From Octopus sinensis (Eukaryota): a stretch of 64,000 bases of DNA. Position numbers and translations under genes: made by a program. The notes beneath the pieces were generated by a model. That model was not told the origin of the DNA. It made no database searches and saw only the letters and a program-made list of their open reading frames with translations. The DNA lies in assembly GCF_006345805.1 (NCBI RefSeq), contig NC_043007.1:74772001-74836000 (forward strand), written 5' to 3'. Of the stretch, positions 41,086-53,969 are shown piece after piece; the stretch's first letter is position 1, and each line of letters starts with the position of its first letter.

Positions 41086-41135
<50 letters not shown>

Positions 41136-41429
41136 ATGTATATATATTTGTGTATGTATCTTTGTTTGTTCCCCCTACCACCACGCTATCACTTGACAAC
41201 CGATGTTGATGTGTTTATGTCCTCATAGCTTAGTGGTTTGGCAAAAAAGACCGATAGAATAAGTCCTGGGGTTGATTTGATCAACTAAAACCCTTTAAGG
41301 CAGTGCTCCAGCATGGCTGCAGTCAAATGATTGGAATGTGTAAAAAAAAAGTAGAATAAAAGAATATAGAATATTATGTATAACGCATATGTAATGTTGA
41401 AAATTATACATATGTATAACATAGGCATA

Positions 41430-42380
41430 TTGGGTTCAAAGTTTGGCACAAGGCCAAAATTCAGTGGAGCAGGTAAGACGATTACATCAACCCCCAGTGC
41501 TCAACTGGTACTTATTTTATTGGCACCGAAAGGATGAAAGGCAAAGTCAACTTTGGTGGAATTTGAACTTAGAACGTAAAAGCAGATAAAATGCTGCTAA
41601 CCAATTTGCCTAGCACAGTAATGATTCTGCCAGCTCCCTACCCTATAACATATGTATATTACAATATTATTTTTGTCAAGCATTGCTAGGAAGATCTAAA
41701 ACTGTTTCATCCTCATTGTCCCTCCCATAAATTCTTATCATTACATCATCGCCAAGATCAACTCAGTGGAATAATTATTCTTTCAAATTTTGGCACAAGG
41801 CCAGCAAATTTAGAGGAGAGCACTAAGCCTATTACATCAGCCTCAATGCTCAATAGTTACTTATTTTATTGACTCTGAAAGGATAAAAGGCAAAGTTAGC
41901 CATGGCAGAATTTGAACTTAGAATGAGCTAAGTCAGAAGAAATGCCACTAGACATTGTGTCTAATGTGCAAACAATTCTACCAGCACACTGCCTTGCAGC
42001 AGTGAAATAATGATCATGTAAGTGCTCCATCCTCTTCTTCACACCTTGAATAAATTCTTTAAATAGTTATTCATCTTCAGTTCTCTGTAGTGCATTTGAG
42101 ATATTCCACTTTGTGGAAGACTTAACAATAATATCAGTTTCAAATTTTGGCATAAGGCCAGTAAGTTTAGGAGAAGGGTTAAATCAATTACATTGACCAC
42201 AGTACTCAAATGGTACTTATTTAATTGACCATAGTACTCAATTGGTACTTATTTTATCAACCCCAAAAGGATGAAAGATAAAGTCAACCTTGGTGAAATT
42301 TGAACTCAGAACATAAAGAAAGATGAAATGCCACTAAGCATTTTGCCTAGCAGGCTAACAATTCTGCCAGTTCGCTGCTT
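41430..42380 (-). mobile_element. Three family A SINEs
   Basis: Family A consensus blocks at about 41430-41640, 41780-42000 and 42130-42375. Confidence 0.8.
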
Positions 42381-43184
42381 TTGATTAAACTTTACAGTAA
42401 TATCATTAGGAGTATACTCATTCCCTCTCTCTCTTTTAAATGTCTTTTATTCATTTAACAACAGCATCTAGACCTGGGTGTTTTAAGACTCCTTTCACAC
42501 ACACATATACACTCTTCTGTTCCTTGTTCATTAAAATCATCTATTCCATGGTTTTTTATCATGCAATATCCAATGGTTGCAATTTGTAATCATCATCATC
42601 ATCATCGTCGTCATCATTTAACGTCTGTTTTCCATGCTAGCATGAGTTGGACGGTTCGGCCGGGATCTGGGAAGCCAGGAGGCTGCACCAGGTTCTAGTC
42701 TGATCTGGCAGAGTTTCTACAGCTGGATGCCCTTCCTAATGCCAACCACTCCATGAGTGTAGTGGGTGCTTTTTACGTGCCACCAGCACAGGTGCCAGAG
42801 GAGGCTGGCAAATGGCCATGATTGGTTGGTGCTTTTACATGTCACCGACACGGACACAGTCAGGCGGTGCTGGCATCTGCCACGTTCGGACTCTTATATT
42901 TAGCTCTAGTATGCATGACTTAGTAGTTAGGATGTTGGATTCATAATCAAAAGATTGTGGGTTTGATTCCAGGACTAAGCAATGCATTGTGTTCTTGATG
43001 AAAAACACTTCGCTTCACATTGTTCCAGTCCTCTCAGCTGATAAAAACGAAGAATCCTTCAACAGATCAGTGTCCCACCCAGGAAGGGATAAATATACAC
43101 TAGAGAAACCAGGAAACTAGTTCTATGTTCCTTACAAAGCAATATGGATTAACCATAGCCACTCATCTTCAAGATCTTATTGTT

Positions 43185-44140
43185 TTCCTGTATCTTTTAC
43201 TTGTTTCAGTCATTGAAATGTGGCCATACTGGGGCACTAAATTCTATGAAGAATTTAGTCAAAAAAATCAGTGCCAGTACTTCTTTTATTTTTAAGTCTG
43301 GTACTTTTTTGTTGGACTCATTAAGTTACAGGGATGTAAATAAACCAACACCAGTTGTCAAGCAGTGATGGAGCAGAGGAGAAACACAAAGATATATACA
43401 AACACACACACATATGTATCACAGTTTCCATCAACCAAATTCACTCACATAGCATTGTTCAGCCTAGAATAGAAGACACTTTCTCAAGGTGCCATGCAGT
43501 GGGATTGAACCTAAAACCATGTGGTTGCTAAGTGAGCTTCTTAACCACACAGCCATACTTACACCAAGGTTGACTTTGCCTTTCATCATTTCAGGGTTGA
43601 TAAAATAAGCACTAGTTGAGCATTGGGGTCAATGTAATCGACTTACTTCCCACCCCCACTGGAATTTGCTGGCCTTGTGCCAAAATTGGAAACTGTTATT
43701 TAGAAAATAAAATACCCTTTAACAATATAGGAGCAGGAGTGGCTGTGTGGTAAGTAGCTTGCTTACCAGCCACATGGTTCTGGGTTCAGTCCCACTGCAT
43801 GGCACCGTGGGCAAGTGTCTTCTACTATAGCCTCGGGCCGACCAAAGCCTTGAGAGTGGATTTGGTAGACGGAAACTGAAATAAGCCCATCGCATATATG
43901 TATATATATATGTATGTGTGAGTATATGTTTGTGTGTCTGTGTTTGTCCCCCCAACATTGCTTGACAATCGATGCTAGTGTGTTTATGACCCTGTAACTT
44001 AGCGATTCGGCAAAAGAGACAGATAGAATAAGTACTAGGCTCACAAAAAAAAAGTCCTGGGGTCGATTTGCTCGACTAAAGGTGGTGCTCCAGCATGGTC
44101 ACAGTCAAGTGACTGAAACAAGTAAAAGAGTAAAAGAATA
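43185..44140. mobile_element. Two family B SINEs in inverted (head-to-head) orientation
   Basis: - copy 43185-43560 and + copy 43730-44140. Confidence 0.85.
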
Positions 44141-44649
44141 TGACTCCCTTTTAAAAACTAAAACACGACACTAGAAATCTGATATAATGCTATAATGATA
44201 CATGCTTTACTCATTCATTCATTCATAAAAGTATTTAATTTATGAAAATTCATTGACAGACTGTCACGAGTAGATCCATCACCACTGCCACCACCACCTA
44301 CATGACAGACAAAATAAACAAACGATGATAAATAACCACTCACATGTACCTGCCCACACATGAATCTGAGAGAACCTGTAATTTCTGTTTGCTTTTAAGA
44401 TCTAGTAACTAGAATCACACACATATTGGTATTGTCAGCCAACATTACACGCACATACACACATGCATGCACGTGCATACACACATACATATACACACAC
44501 AGAATACTGAATGGTTACATTTGGCATTTAGAATGTATCATATACTATGTACTGAGGTTTTCTATGTTCATTAAATAAACTGGAAGCTGGATTCTTATAT
44601 TGTATTTTCAGGCAATGTATCAATGAGTATAAATTGCAAATATGTTCTA

Positions 44650-44729
44650 TGTTTATATATATATATATTATATATATATGTGTGTCTGTATATATATAGA
44701 TATTTTAGATATAGATATAGATATGGAGA

Positions 44730-44761
<32 letters not shown>

Positions 44762-44818
44762 CATATGTATATACATAGGTAGATACTATATGTATAGACA
44801 TATGTATATATATATATG

Positions 44819-44855
<37 letters not shown>

Positions 44856-44878
44856 GATACATATGGATATATAGATAT

Positions 44879-44919
<41 letters not shown>

Positions 44920-44936
44920 TAATATATATATTATAT

Positions 44937-44968
<32 letters not shown>

Positions 44969-45085
44969 AGTATATATATATATATATATATATATATGTT
45001 ATATATATATATATGTATATATATCTATTGTATATATATATATATGTATATTATATAAAAGATATGGTATATATATATATATGTA

Positions 45086-45117
<32 letters not shown>

Positions 45118-45181
45118 GTATATATATATTATATATATAGGTATATATATTAATATATATATTAATATATATATATATATC

Positions 45182-45252
<71 letters not shown>

Positions 45253-45385
45253 GGTATTATATATATATATATATATTTTATACATATGTAATTTATATTA
45301 ATATATATATATTATTTATATACATATGTATATGTATATATATATATAATATATATAATATATTTATAACATATGTATATGTATA

Positions 45386-45432
<47 letters not shown>

Positions 45433-45842
45433 TACATATGTAGATGTATATATATATATAATATATATATATTTTATACATATGTATATATATATATATA
45501 TATATTTATATACTATGTATATATATATATATATATTTATATAATATGTATATATATATATAATATATTTATATACATATGTATATATATATATATATAT
45601 ATTTTTATATCATATGTATATATTATTATATGTATATATATATATATATGTTATATATATATATATATACTTTATTTTAAGCAGCAGAAAATTCAACAAA
45701 ATCTGTTACTCTGATGAACGGCAACGAGAACTCAGAGTAAGAGATTTTGTGAATTTTCTGCTGCTTAAAATAAAGCATATTACTCTACCACTGGTATTTG
45801 AGTACTCTTTTTTCCACCTTGTTTCACATATGTGTTTACTCC

Positions 45843-45881
<39 letters not shown>

Positions 45882-45901
45882 CACATGCATATGTATATAT
45901 A

Positions 45902-45947
<46 letters not shown>

Positions 45948-46191
45948 GCATATGTATATATATATATTATTATATATATATATACACAACACATGCATAT
46001 GTATATATATATATATATATACACATGCATATGTATATATATGTATATATATATATATATATACACACATGCATATGTATATATATATATACAAAACATG
46101 CATATGTATATATATATATATACACATGCATATGTATATATATATATATATATATATCTATATATATATATATACACATGCATATGTATAT

Positions 46192-46237
<46 letters not shown>

Positions 46238-46260
46238 TGCATACATCTATATATATATGC
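44650..46260. repeat. Very long compound (TA)n microsatellite, with CACATGCATATG units in 45880-46245
   Basis: Direct reading. Source of the many YI/IY artefact ORFs. Confidence 0.95.
45670..45845 (+). mobile_element. Inverted-repeat element (short inverted arm + long arm) in a (TA)n tract
   Basis: Arms 45670-45714 / 45732-45775 with CTGATGA at the junction. Same family as 63141-63310. Confidence 0.65.
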
Positions 46261-46708
46261 ATGTGTGTGTATATGTTTGTGTGTCTTTGTTTGTTCCCAC
46301 AACATTGCTTGACAACTGATGCTGGTGTTTTTACATCCCTGTAACTTAGTGGCTTAGCATTAGGGTTACAAAGAATAAGTCTTGGGGTCGTTTTGCTCAA
46401 CTAAAGGTGGTGTTCTAACATGGCTGCAGTCAAATGACTGAAACAAGTAAAAGACTAAAACCATATATATATATATTATATATAATATAAATGAAATATA
46501 TATATATATATGCATATATACATACGTATATGTACATGTACCTGTACATATATATATATATATACGTATCGAAAGCGTATATTGTTGTTAAATGCATGAA
46601 GTATGAACAGGGTGCTAGTTTATATATACATATATATATATGGCAGTGCCCCAGCATGGCCACAGCTCATTAGCTGAAACTGGAAAATCAAATCAAATCA
46701 ATATATAT

Positions 46709-46985
46709 AATAAAACACAAAATGGGACAAGAATGCAAAACATCTGGACAACTAGGTGATACAAAAAGGGACAACAAAACATCCAGATAGACGATACAAA
46801 AAAACAAGAACGGGTCATTCGAAGCCTTTATTCTTCAGTCAAGAACCGGATCATCCTCGCAATAGCCGAAATTGTGAGGATGATCCGGTTCTTGACTGAA
46901 GATAAAAGGCTTCGAAAAACCCGTCCTTGTGTTTTTGTATCGTCTATCTGGAATTTTTGTTGTCCCATTTTGTATTTTATTTTAT
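46709..46985. mobile_element. Inverted-repeat (foldback) element flanked by (TA)n
   Basis: ~96-bp arms 46768-46863 / 46871-46966 with a 7-nt loop AGCCGAA. Confidence 0.7.
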
Positions 46986-48050
46986 ATATATATAGTGGCA
47001 TACGTACACTTTGTTCTGTTATATGTAAGTACACATTTCACTATATATATATATATATATATAACATAATCCTTATTATCATCTTCATTTTACAACTGCT
47101 TGTCTGTGCTAGCATGGGTTGGATGGGTCTTTTTAGTTGAGTCAGTTCTTATTCAGAGTTACTGCAGTCCTAAATGGGTTGGAGACCACATCCTTGTAGA
47201 ACATTTTCTTTTTGGCATCATTTTTTTGATTGATTGCCCTTCCTGTCACCAATCCGTCTACAGTGTTCAGCAGGTGTATTTCAGTGCAGTACCAACAAAG
47301 GTTGTCTCTGTTCATTCACTTGCACCAAAGAAGCTGCCAAATTCCTAACTATTCTAGAGAGTCTGCTTTTCCTGGTTTTGTTTGTGTAGTGCATTTCTCC
47401 TTTTTTTTTTTCAACTGGGAGCATAAAAAGAAAAATTTGTCATTGTAGCAACACTATATTCCTACTTCTTGTCATATTAGGGATGTGATGAAAGATAGAA
47501 GGTGTGATAAAAAAGAACCAGGGTGATAAGAGTGAGTGAAAGATGGAGGAGGAAATAATAGACAAGCACCTGAGTAAGAAGATGATAGGAAAGATAGCAA
47601 CATAGGAGACAAATTAAGTAAAAGGAGTGGGGACTAAGAGGAGAGGGTATGGGGGAGAGTGTGTGTGTGTGCATGTGTAAGATTAGAGAGTCAGTGGGAC
47701 CTAAAAAAATATATAGTGATAGGAGAGAGAGTATACCCCCCCCCCCCCGAAAGGAGAGAGAGGGAGATAGAAGAGCAGGTAATAGATGAAAGAGAATGTT
47801 AGGAAAGGGCCAGGAAAAATGAGTAGGAGGGAGAGGAATAGAGAATTAAAGAGGCTGAAAACAGGATAAGGAGGAAAGAGAAAAAGAGGAAGAGAGAGAG
47901 AGAGAGAGTGTGAGAGAGAGAGTGTGTGAGTGTGTGTGTGTGTGTGTTTTACAAGAGTTCCGGGATGGTGAGAGGTAGCCTAGAGGGTAAGTAGAAGAGA
48001 TTGAAGAGAGGGTGATGAGTGAGAGAACAATGGATTGTTCATCATTGTCG

Positions 48051-48102
<52 letters not shown>

Positions 48103-48125
48103 CATTATTATTATTATTATTATTA

Positions 48126-48191
<66 letters not shown>

Positions 48192-48299
48192 GATTGAGAG
48201 GGAATGAGTGGGAATAAGTGAGACAAATTAATGAAGTGTGAGACATTGGTAGACAGTAACATTTTGTTGGTGGCAGGGTGACTAATATAAACATTTTTT

Positions 48300-48650
48300 G
48301 AGTCCATTTTCTTTTTACAATCACATTGGTTGGCTAAGTCTCTTCGACTCAGCATTTCACCACTTGTCACAGTCCTTTTAATCATCCACTTGAAATCTAT
48401 TTTCATCATTTCTTCTCACACCTTCCTTGCCCCACTTCTTCCACAGGTTTTCAGTTCTTCTAAACATTTCATTACACAACTCACACTCTCCATACATATT
48501 ACATTCATATCCTTGCACTCACTACTCTCTTGCATGCTACCACTGATCCATCAGATCCATCAGATTTCCAGTTTTCTTCTCAGCTAATCTCTGCTCTGCC
48601 ATTCCTGTAGATAACATTACACATCCATTTGAACATTTTCACCTTATTTA
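48300..48650 (-). mobile_element. Highly decayed RTE C-terminal fragment
   Basis: MFKWMCNV... and a TCGRSGARKV-like segment on the minus strand. Confidence 0.45.
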
Positions 48651-48704
48651 TTTGCAACTTTCACAAATTCTCTGTCCATGTTTTACTACCATACCTTTTC
48701 CTTC

Positions 48705-49311
48705 TTTGGACGCTAAACTCTGCTTGCGAAGACCTGTTGAGGCAAGTGAAATCAAGATCAAATTCGATGACTGGCATCCGTGCTAGCGGGGTGCAAAGAG
48801 CATCGTATGAGTGTGATTGTTGACAGAGCAGGTAACTGGCTTCCGTGCCAGTGGCACATAAAAGGTACCATTTGAGTGTGATCGTTACCAGCATCGCCTT
48901 ACTGGCACTTGTGCCTCGTGCTAGTAGGGTGCTAAGAGCACCATCCGAGTGTGATCGTTGCCAGAACGGCTAACTGGTTTCCATGCTGGTGGCATCTAAA
49001 AGGCACCATTCAAGCATGATCGTTACTAGCGTCGCCTTACTGGAACTTGTGCCGATGGCATGTGTAAAAACATTTGAGCGAGGTCGTTGCCAGTATCGCC
49101 TGACTGCCCCCCCCCCTGCTGGTGGCATGTAAAAGCATCCACTACACTCTCAGAGTGGTTGGCATTTGGAAGGGCATCCAGCTGTAGAACCTCTGGCAGA
49201 TCAAGATTGGAGCCTGGTTCAACCATCTGGTTCGCCAGCCCTCAGTCAAGCCATCCAACCCATGCTAGCATGGAAAGCAGGCGGACGTTAAACGATGATG
49301 ATGATGATGAT
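48705..49311 (+). mobile_element. RTE 3'UTR with (GAT)n tail
   Basis: Internal tandem repeats, then ...CCAACCCATGCTAGCATGGAAAG..GGACGTTAAACGATGATGAT. Shorter copies lie at about 205-360(-), 2680-2845(+), 31575-31740(-), 32475-32620(+), 42590-42890(-), 51520-51770(-), 62370-62790(-). Confidence 0.85.
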
Positions 49312-50814
49312 AGTGTTTCATGCACTAGTAATCATAGAATCTGACTTTCACTAAGGGCAAGAAAGCCTACCTGAGATAGTCATTCCAGAACCTTTACATC
49401 CCAGCCTGGCAGCTATGCTTATAGAACATCCACTTCTATTTCTAATCAGGTCAATGTGTAACAAAAGCTATCAACTACTTCTAGGGAGTTTTCTAGGCAG
49501 TTAAAAGAAGCTATTTCTTGATTACTTTTACACATAAAACTACTGTCAACTGCTGTGCACCTGCCACATACAAGGCCTGTTTAATTTGTAAGCTTACCTG
49601 TGATCCTACTGCACCCTTTGAACATCTGTAAAGTATATAGAGTACTCTATATAGAATTTCTACCAATTCCTTTCAGTTATGACAAGCACAACCTCTTTCT
49701 AAATAGCAATAGACAGATGGCAATTCTGACTTTCTCCTCTTCAAACTAAAACTTCAATCTTTGCAAGATTTGCTCTGAGGCCTCTTCATTCCACATTTGG
49801 AATTTCTTTTTCTTACCCTTTGACAGATTCACCTTTGAGAAATAAGTCATTCACATACAGAATTTTCCACAGGCTGCTAGTCTTAAACCCTCCTGTAATG
49901 GTTTAGAGAACTATGATAAACTGGAGAAAGCAGAAACCCAAGACTTGATGGATTCTTATATGCATGCTAAATCCTTCACCACATTGCTAATTTTCACCTT
50001 TTTGTAGAAGCAGAACTTCTCTGAATTTATAATTAACCAAAAATTCTTTCAGATTCCATATCTTCCTTCTCCAAATTGCCTTTTTTCTCTGAGTCCATCT
50101 TTCACTTTCTTTGGAGTCACTAAGCACTCATCTGTCTGATAAATTCACTAGGTGATTACAATTATCTGCCTATCCTATTTCCTAGCAGATGAGAATATAA
50201 ACAGGTGTAAATAAAATCTATTTTTGTATGTTCAACTGACTAATAAACGATGAGATGGCTAGCCAGTTTCCAGAAGTTTGTATTAGCAATAGTTAGGTCA
50301 TTTGCAATATAACTCCAGGTACCTTGATTGACCTCATTCTTCATACTATATCCATTGTTTCCATGTATATCAGAGAAACCATTAAGATTTGGTCCAGAAG
50401 TGCTTATTAAAACTGTTAGCTGCAAGTGATAATGAAGTCACCATCATTAATTGTCAGTGTAGTCAACATTATATATATATATTTGATACAATATGGACGG
50501 ATTTTCGAAGTCCAATGATACCCTACACACCTATTTGATTATGAAGAATTACAAACATTCTTTCTCAGTGAAACTCAATATACCTACCATTATACCATTA
50601 TAATGTACATTTTTGGATTTTTCATAATGTGATGTAAGTCTTTGGTATAGCAATTGCATGCGGCTGAAGAGAGCTTTAAACCATCTGTTATGTCGATTAT
50701 ACATTGATGTAAGAATAGGTTGTTTTATAAAGCTTGAAACACATGTACCGCGACATCCTTTGTGTTCTGTTTTTTATTTCATTTGATGTATATAAATATA
50801 TATAGTTTGTAGGA

Positions 50815-51410
50815 TAAGCCCCTGGATCCTAAGACCCTTCTGGTTCAGAGAACAAGGTGTCATCATTCCTCTTTTCTCTTTTGCATAACAACACCTCAAA
50901 TACTGCTGCCCCCAGTGGTCTCCCCACACAAAATAAAACATTTCAAAAACTGAATCACCTCCAAAGGACATTCACTAAAGGAATTAAGGTATGACTGATC
51001 TTGGTTATTGGGACTGCCTTAAAGCATTGAAACTTTCTCTTCAGTGCCACCATGAGCAATACATCATTTGCACGATGTGGAGAAAATACCACCAGCATTG
51101 CCCAGACGACCTCAACATTAGTTTCAGAATTAATCTAAGGTTAGGACCATAGACCATATGTCCCCTACACAATTCAGGATCACAACACATAGATACACTG
51201 CAACACAATTTCTTTTCCTCAACAGGCCCTGCCCTTTTTAACATAGTCCCAAAACAGATCAAAGAGGAAAAGGATCCCATCACTTTTAAGTGGAATCTGG
51301 ACAAATTTCTTCAAGGAATACCAGATAAGTCACCTATACCTGGATACAACTCACTCAACAAGAACTCCCTACTCGAATGGGCCATAATATCACAAAACTT
51401 GACTTAAAAA
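50815..51410 (+). mobile_element. Decayed CR1-clade LINE, 3' part of ORF2
   Basis: WILRPF..RE...LKYCCPQWSPH...YWDCLKALKL...GPALFNIVPKQIK...FKWNLDKFLQGIPD...NSLLEW with several stops. Confidence 0.75.
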
Positions 51411-52305
51411 GGATTTAGCTTGCAGAATCATTAGCTCGCCAGACATAATGCTTAGCAGCATTTCTTCTGGCTTTACAATCTGATTCAAATTCTGCCAATG
51501 TTGATTTTACCTTTCATCCTCTCATCATCATCATCATCATCATCGTTTAACGTCCGTTTTCCGCGCTAGCACGGGTTGGACAGTTTCGACCGGGGTCTGG
51601 GGAGCTCGGGACTGCCCCAGGCTCCAGTCTAGTCTGGCAGTGTTTCTACAGCTGGATGCCCTTCCTAACGCCAACCACTCCGCGAGTGTAGTGGGTGTTT
51701 TTTACGTGCCACCTGCACAGGTGCCAGAGGGGTCTGGCATCGGCCACGTTCGGATGGTGCTTTTTTTATGTGGCGGGGGGTGCAGAAATATAGGGGAGCA
51801 CCAGTGGGGAGGGGTGGTTCAGAGAAATGATGACAGGTTCTAGGCAAGTAGAACGTAGGATATCGAGAGAGGGGTAATGCATGGTGAAATAGCGTATTGA
51901 AGAGGGGGGTTCGAAGAGTAGACACCTATAATGGTGGTGGGAGAAGCGACATCCGGTATAGATGGAGCAAAATATAGAGATATCCGGTATTGGTGGTGGT
52001 GGTGGTGGTGGGTGTGGGCAGGGCGAGTGCACCGCGAAGATACAAAGTTTGATTTTAGACGAATGAAGATAGATAGAAAGATAGATAGAGAAATTGGATA
52101 GATAGAGAAATTTGATAAATAGTTAGACAGATAGAGAAACATAAATAAATGGTAGCCGAAGTGAAAAATTAAGCATTCAACTTATCTGCGCTCAGGACTA
52201 CGGCTTGTAGATGAATGAGAGAGAGAGAGAGAGAGAACATATGTGTATTAGAGGGGACATACTTCAAGATGGCGCGAAGATACGAAGATTGATTTTAGAC
52301 GAATG

Positions 52306-52337
<32 letters not shown>

Positions 52338-52889
52338 GAAATTAGATAGATAGACAAATTTGATAAATAGTTAGACAGATAGAGAAACATAAGAGGGAGT
52401 ATCCGGTGTAGATGGTGAGAACAGTGTTCACCGGTATTGGTGGTGGGGGTGGGAGGGCGGGCGCACCGCGCATTGGGAAAAGATGAGGTTTTTAGGCGGC
52501 AGAAAGAAGACAGGATTGAGATGAAATGCTTTGCGGTGGTGTGAATAAGTTTTTGTGAGTGAAAGTTTTTATGCTTCAGCTAGCATTTGAGACGAAAGAC
52601 AACGATATGGGAATACAATAATAATAAGGCTTGCAAAAACAATGAAAAGAGGAAACAGGTCGGGAAACTTAGCTGGTCAGTAAAATAAGCACCAGTAAAG
52701 TACTGGGGTTGATGTAATTGACTTACCCACTTCCCTGAGCTTGTTGGCATCTGTATGCCAAAATTTGAATGACATCAACAAAAATAAAGTTCTTTGCTTT
52801 ATGCTTGGGGTAAGCCACAGAAATGATATAAAGTATTTTGTCCAATTCTTTTATGATTCTGCTAAGTCATCACCCATTACAATAAAGAT

Positions 52890-53780
52890 GGCAACCTAAC
52901 AGAGTTGTTAACATGCTGGATGAAATGCTTAGCAGTGTTTCGCCTGTCACTACATTCTGAGTTCAAATTCCGCCAAGGTCGACTTTACCTTTCATCCTTT
53001 CAGGGTCAATAAATTAAGTACCAGTGAAACACTGAGGTTAATATAATCAACTAGTCCCCATCCCACAAATTTGAGGCCTTGTGCTGCCAGTTAAAAGGAT
53101 TATTACTATTATTATTGAGGGTACATGGTCTAGTGAGAGCAGCAATTCAGACAACATCGATTTGATGGAGAGAGTGAGCTTTAATGTGCAGTGCATACAT
53201 TTGATCACTATAAACAAATCATTTGTGTAGATCATTTGGCAAAAGCTGAATGCTCATACATCATCTCCAATGGGAAAGTCCATCATTATCATCATCATCG
53301 TTATTATTATTATCGTTGTTATTAAGGTGGCGAACTGGCAGAATTGTTAGCATGCTGGGTGAAATGCTAAGCGGTATTTCATTAGCCAAGGCGGTGAGCT
53401 GGCAGAATCGTTAACATGCCAGGCGAAGTGCTTAGTGGTATTTCGTCTGCTGCTATGTTCTGAGTTCAAATTCCGCCAAGGTTGACTTTGCCTTTCATCC
53501 TTTCGGGGTCAATTAAATAAGTACCAGTTGCGCACTGGAGTCGAGATAAACGACTTAATCTGTTTGTCTGTCCTCTCTGTGTTTAGCCCCTTACGGGCAG
53601 TAAAGAAATAGGTATATCATCTGCCATTACGTTCTGAGTTCAAATTCCACCAGGGTTGACTTTGCCCTTCATCTTTTCGGGGTCAATTAAATAAGTACCA
53701 GTTACGAACTTTAGTCGATGTAATCAACTTAATCCCTTCCCCCAAATTTGAGGCCTTGTGCCTCCAGTAGAAAGGATTAT
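52890..53780 (+). mobile_element. Family A SINE cluster just upstream of the 53898 exon
   Basis: Copies at 52890-53100 and 53325-53780 (repeated heads and bodies). Further single copies at 39130-39350, 43560-43700, 58213-58420 and 60503-60720. Confidence 0.85.
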
Positions 53781-53788
53781 GATTGTTA

Positions 53789-53822
<34 letters not shown>

Positions 53823-53897
53823 CTTTCACATTAAATACCAATTGTATTATCTTTGTTTAGCTCAATCATAATTTGTTTTTTTTTTTTCTAATTTCAG

Positions 53898-53969
53898 GCC
53901 ACACAATCAGGACATAGAACTCTTTTATATGGTCATGCTGTTTTACTTCGACATCTTCACAGTAGCATG
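53898..53969 (+). CDS. RyR: Ryanodine receptor exon: ATQSGHRTLLYGHAVLLRHLHSSM
   Basis: Poly-T + tttcAG acceptor, 72 nt, ATG|gtgagt donor. Contains the RyR motif GHRTLLYGHA.LLRH. Confidence 0.97.

Larger units (their letters stand above)
40141..41100. mobile_element. Tandem pair (488-bp period) of long inverted-repeat elements, probably Penelope-like pLTR-derived
   Basis: Arms ~40149-40323 / 40346-40520 with 2 mismatches and a 22-nt spacer, repeated at +488. Flanked by (TA)n. HHR motif in each arm. Confidence 0.75.

Noticed and set aside
44595-46673. Many long ORFs rich in Y/I/C/V/H/T (also 25015-28337, 7608-7887, 29125-29484, 47846-48409)
   Set aside because: Translations of (TA)n, (CA)n and (ATT)n microsatellites, which lack stops in some frames.
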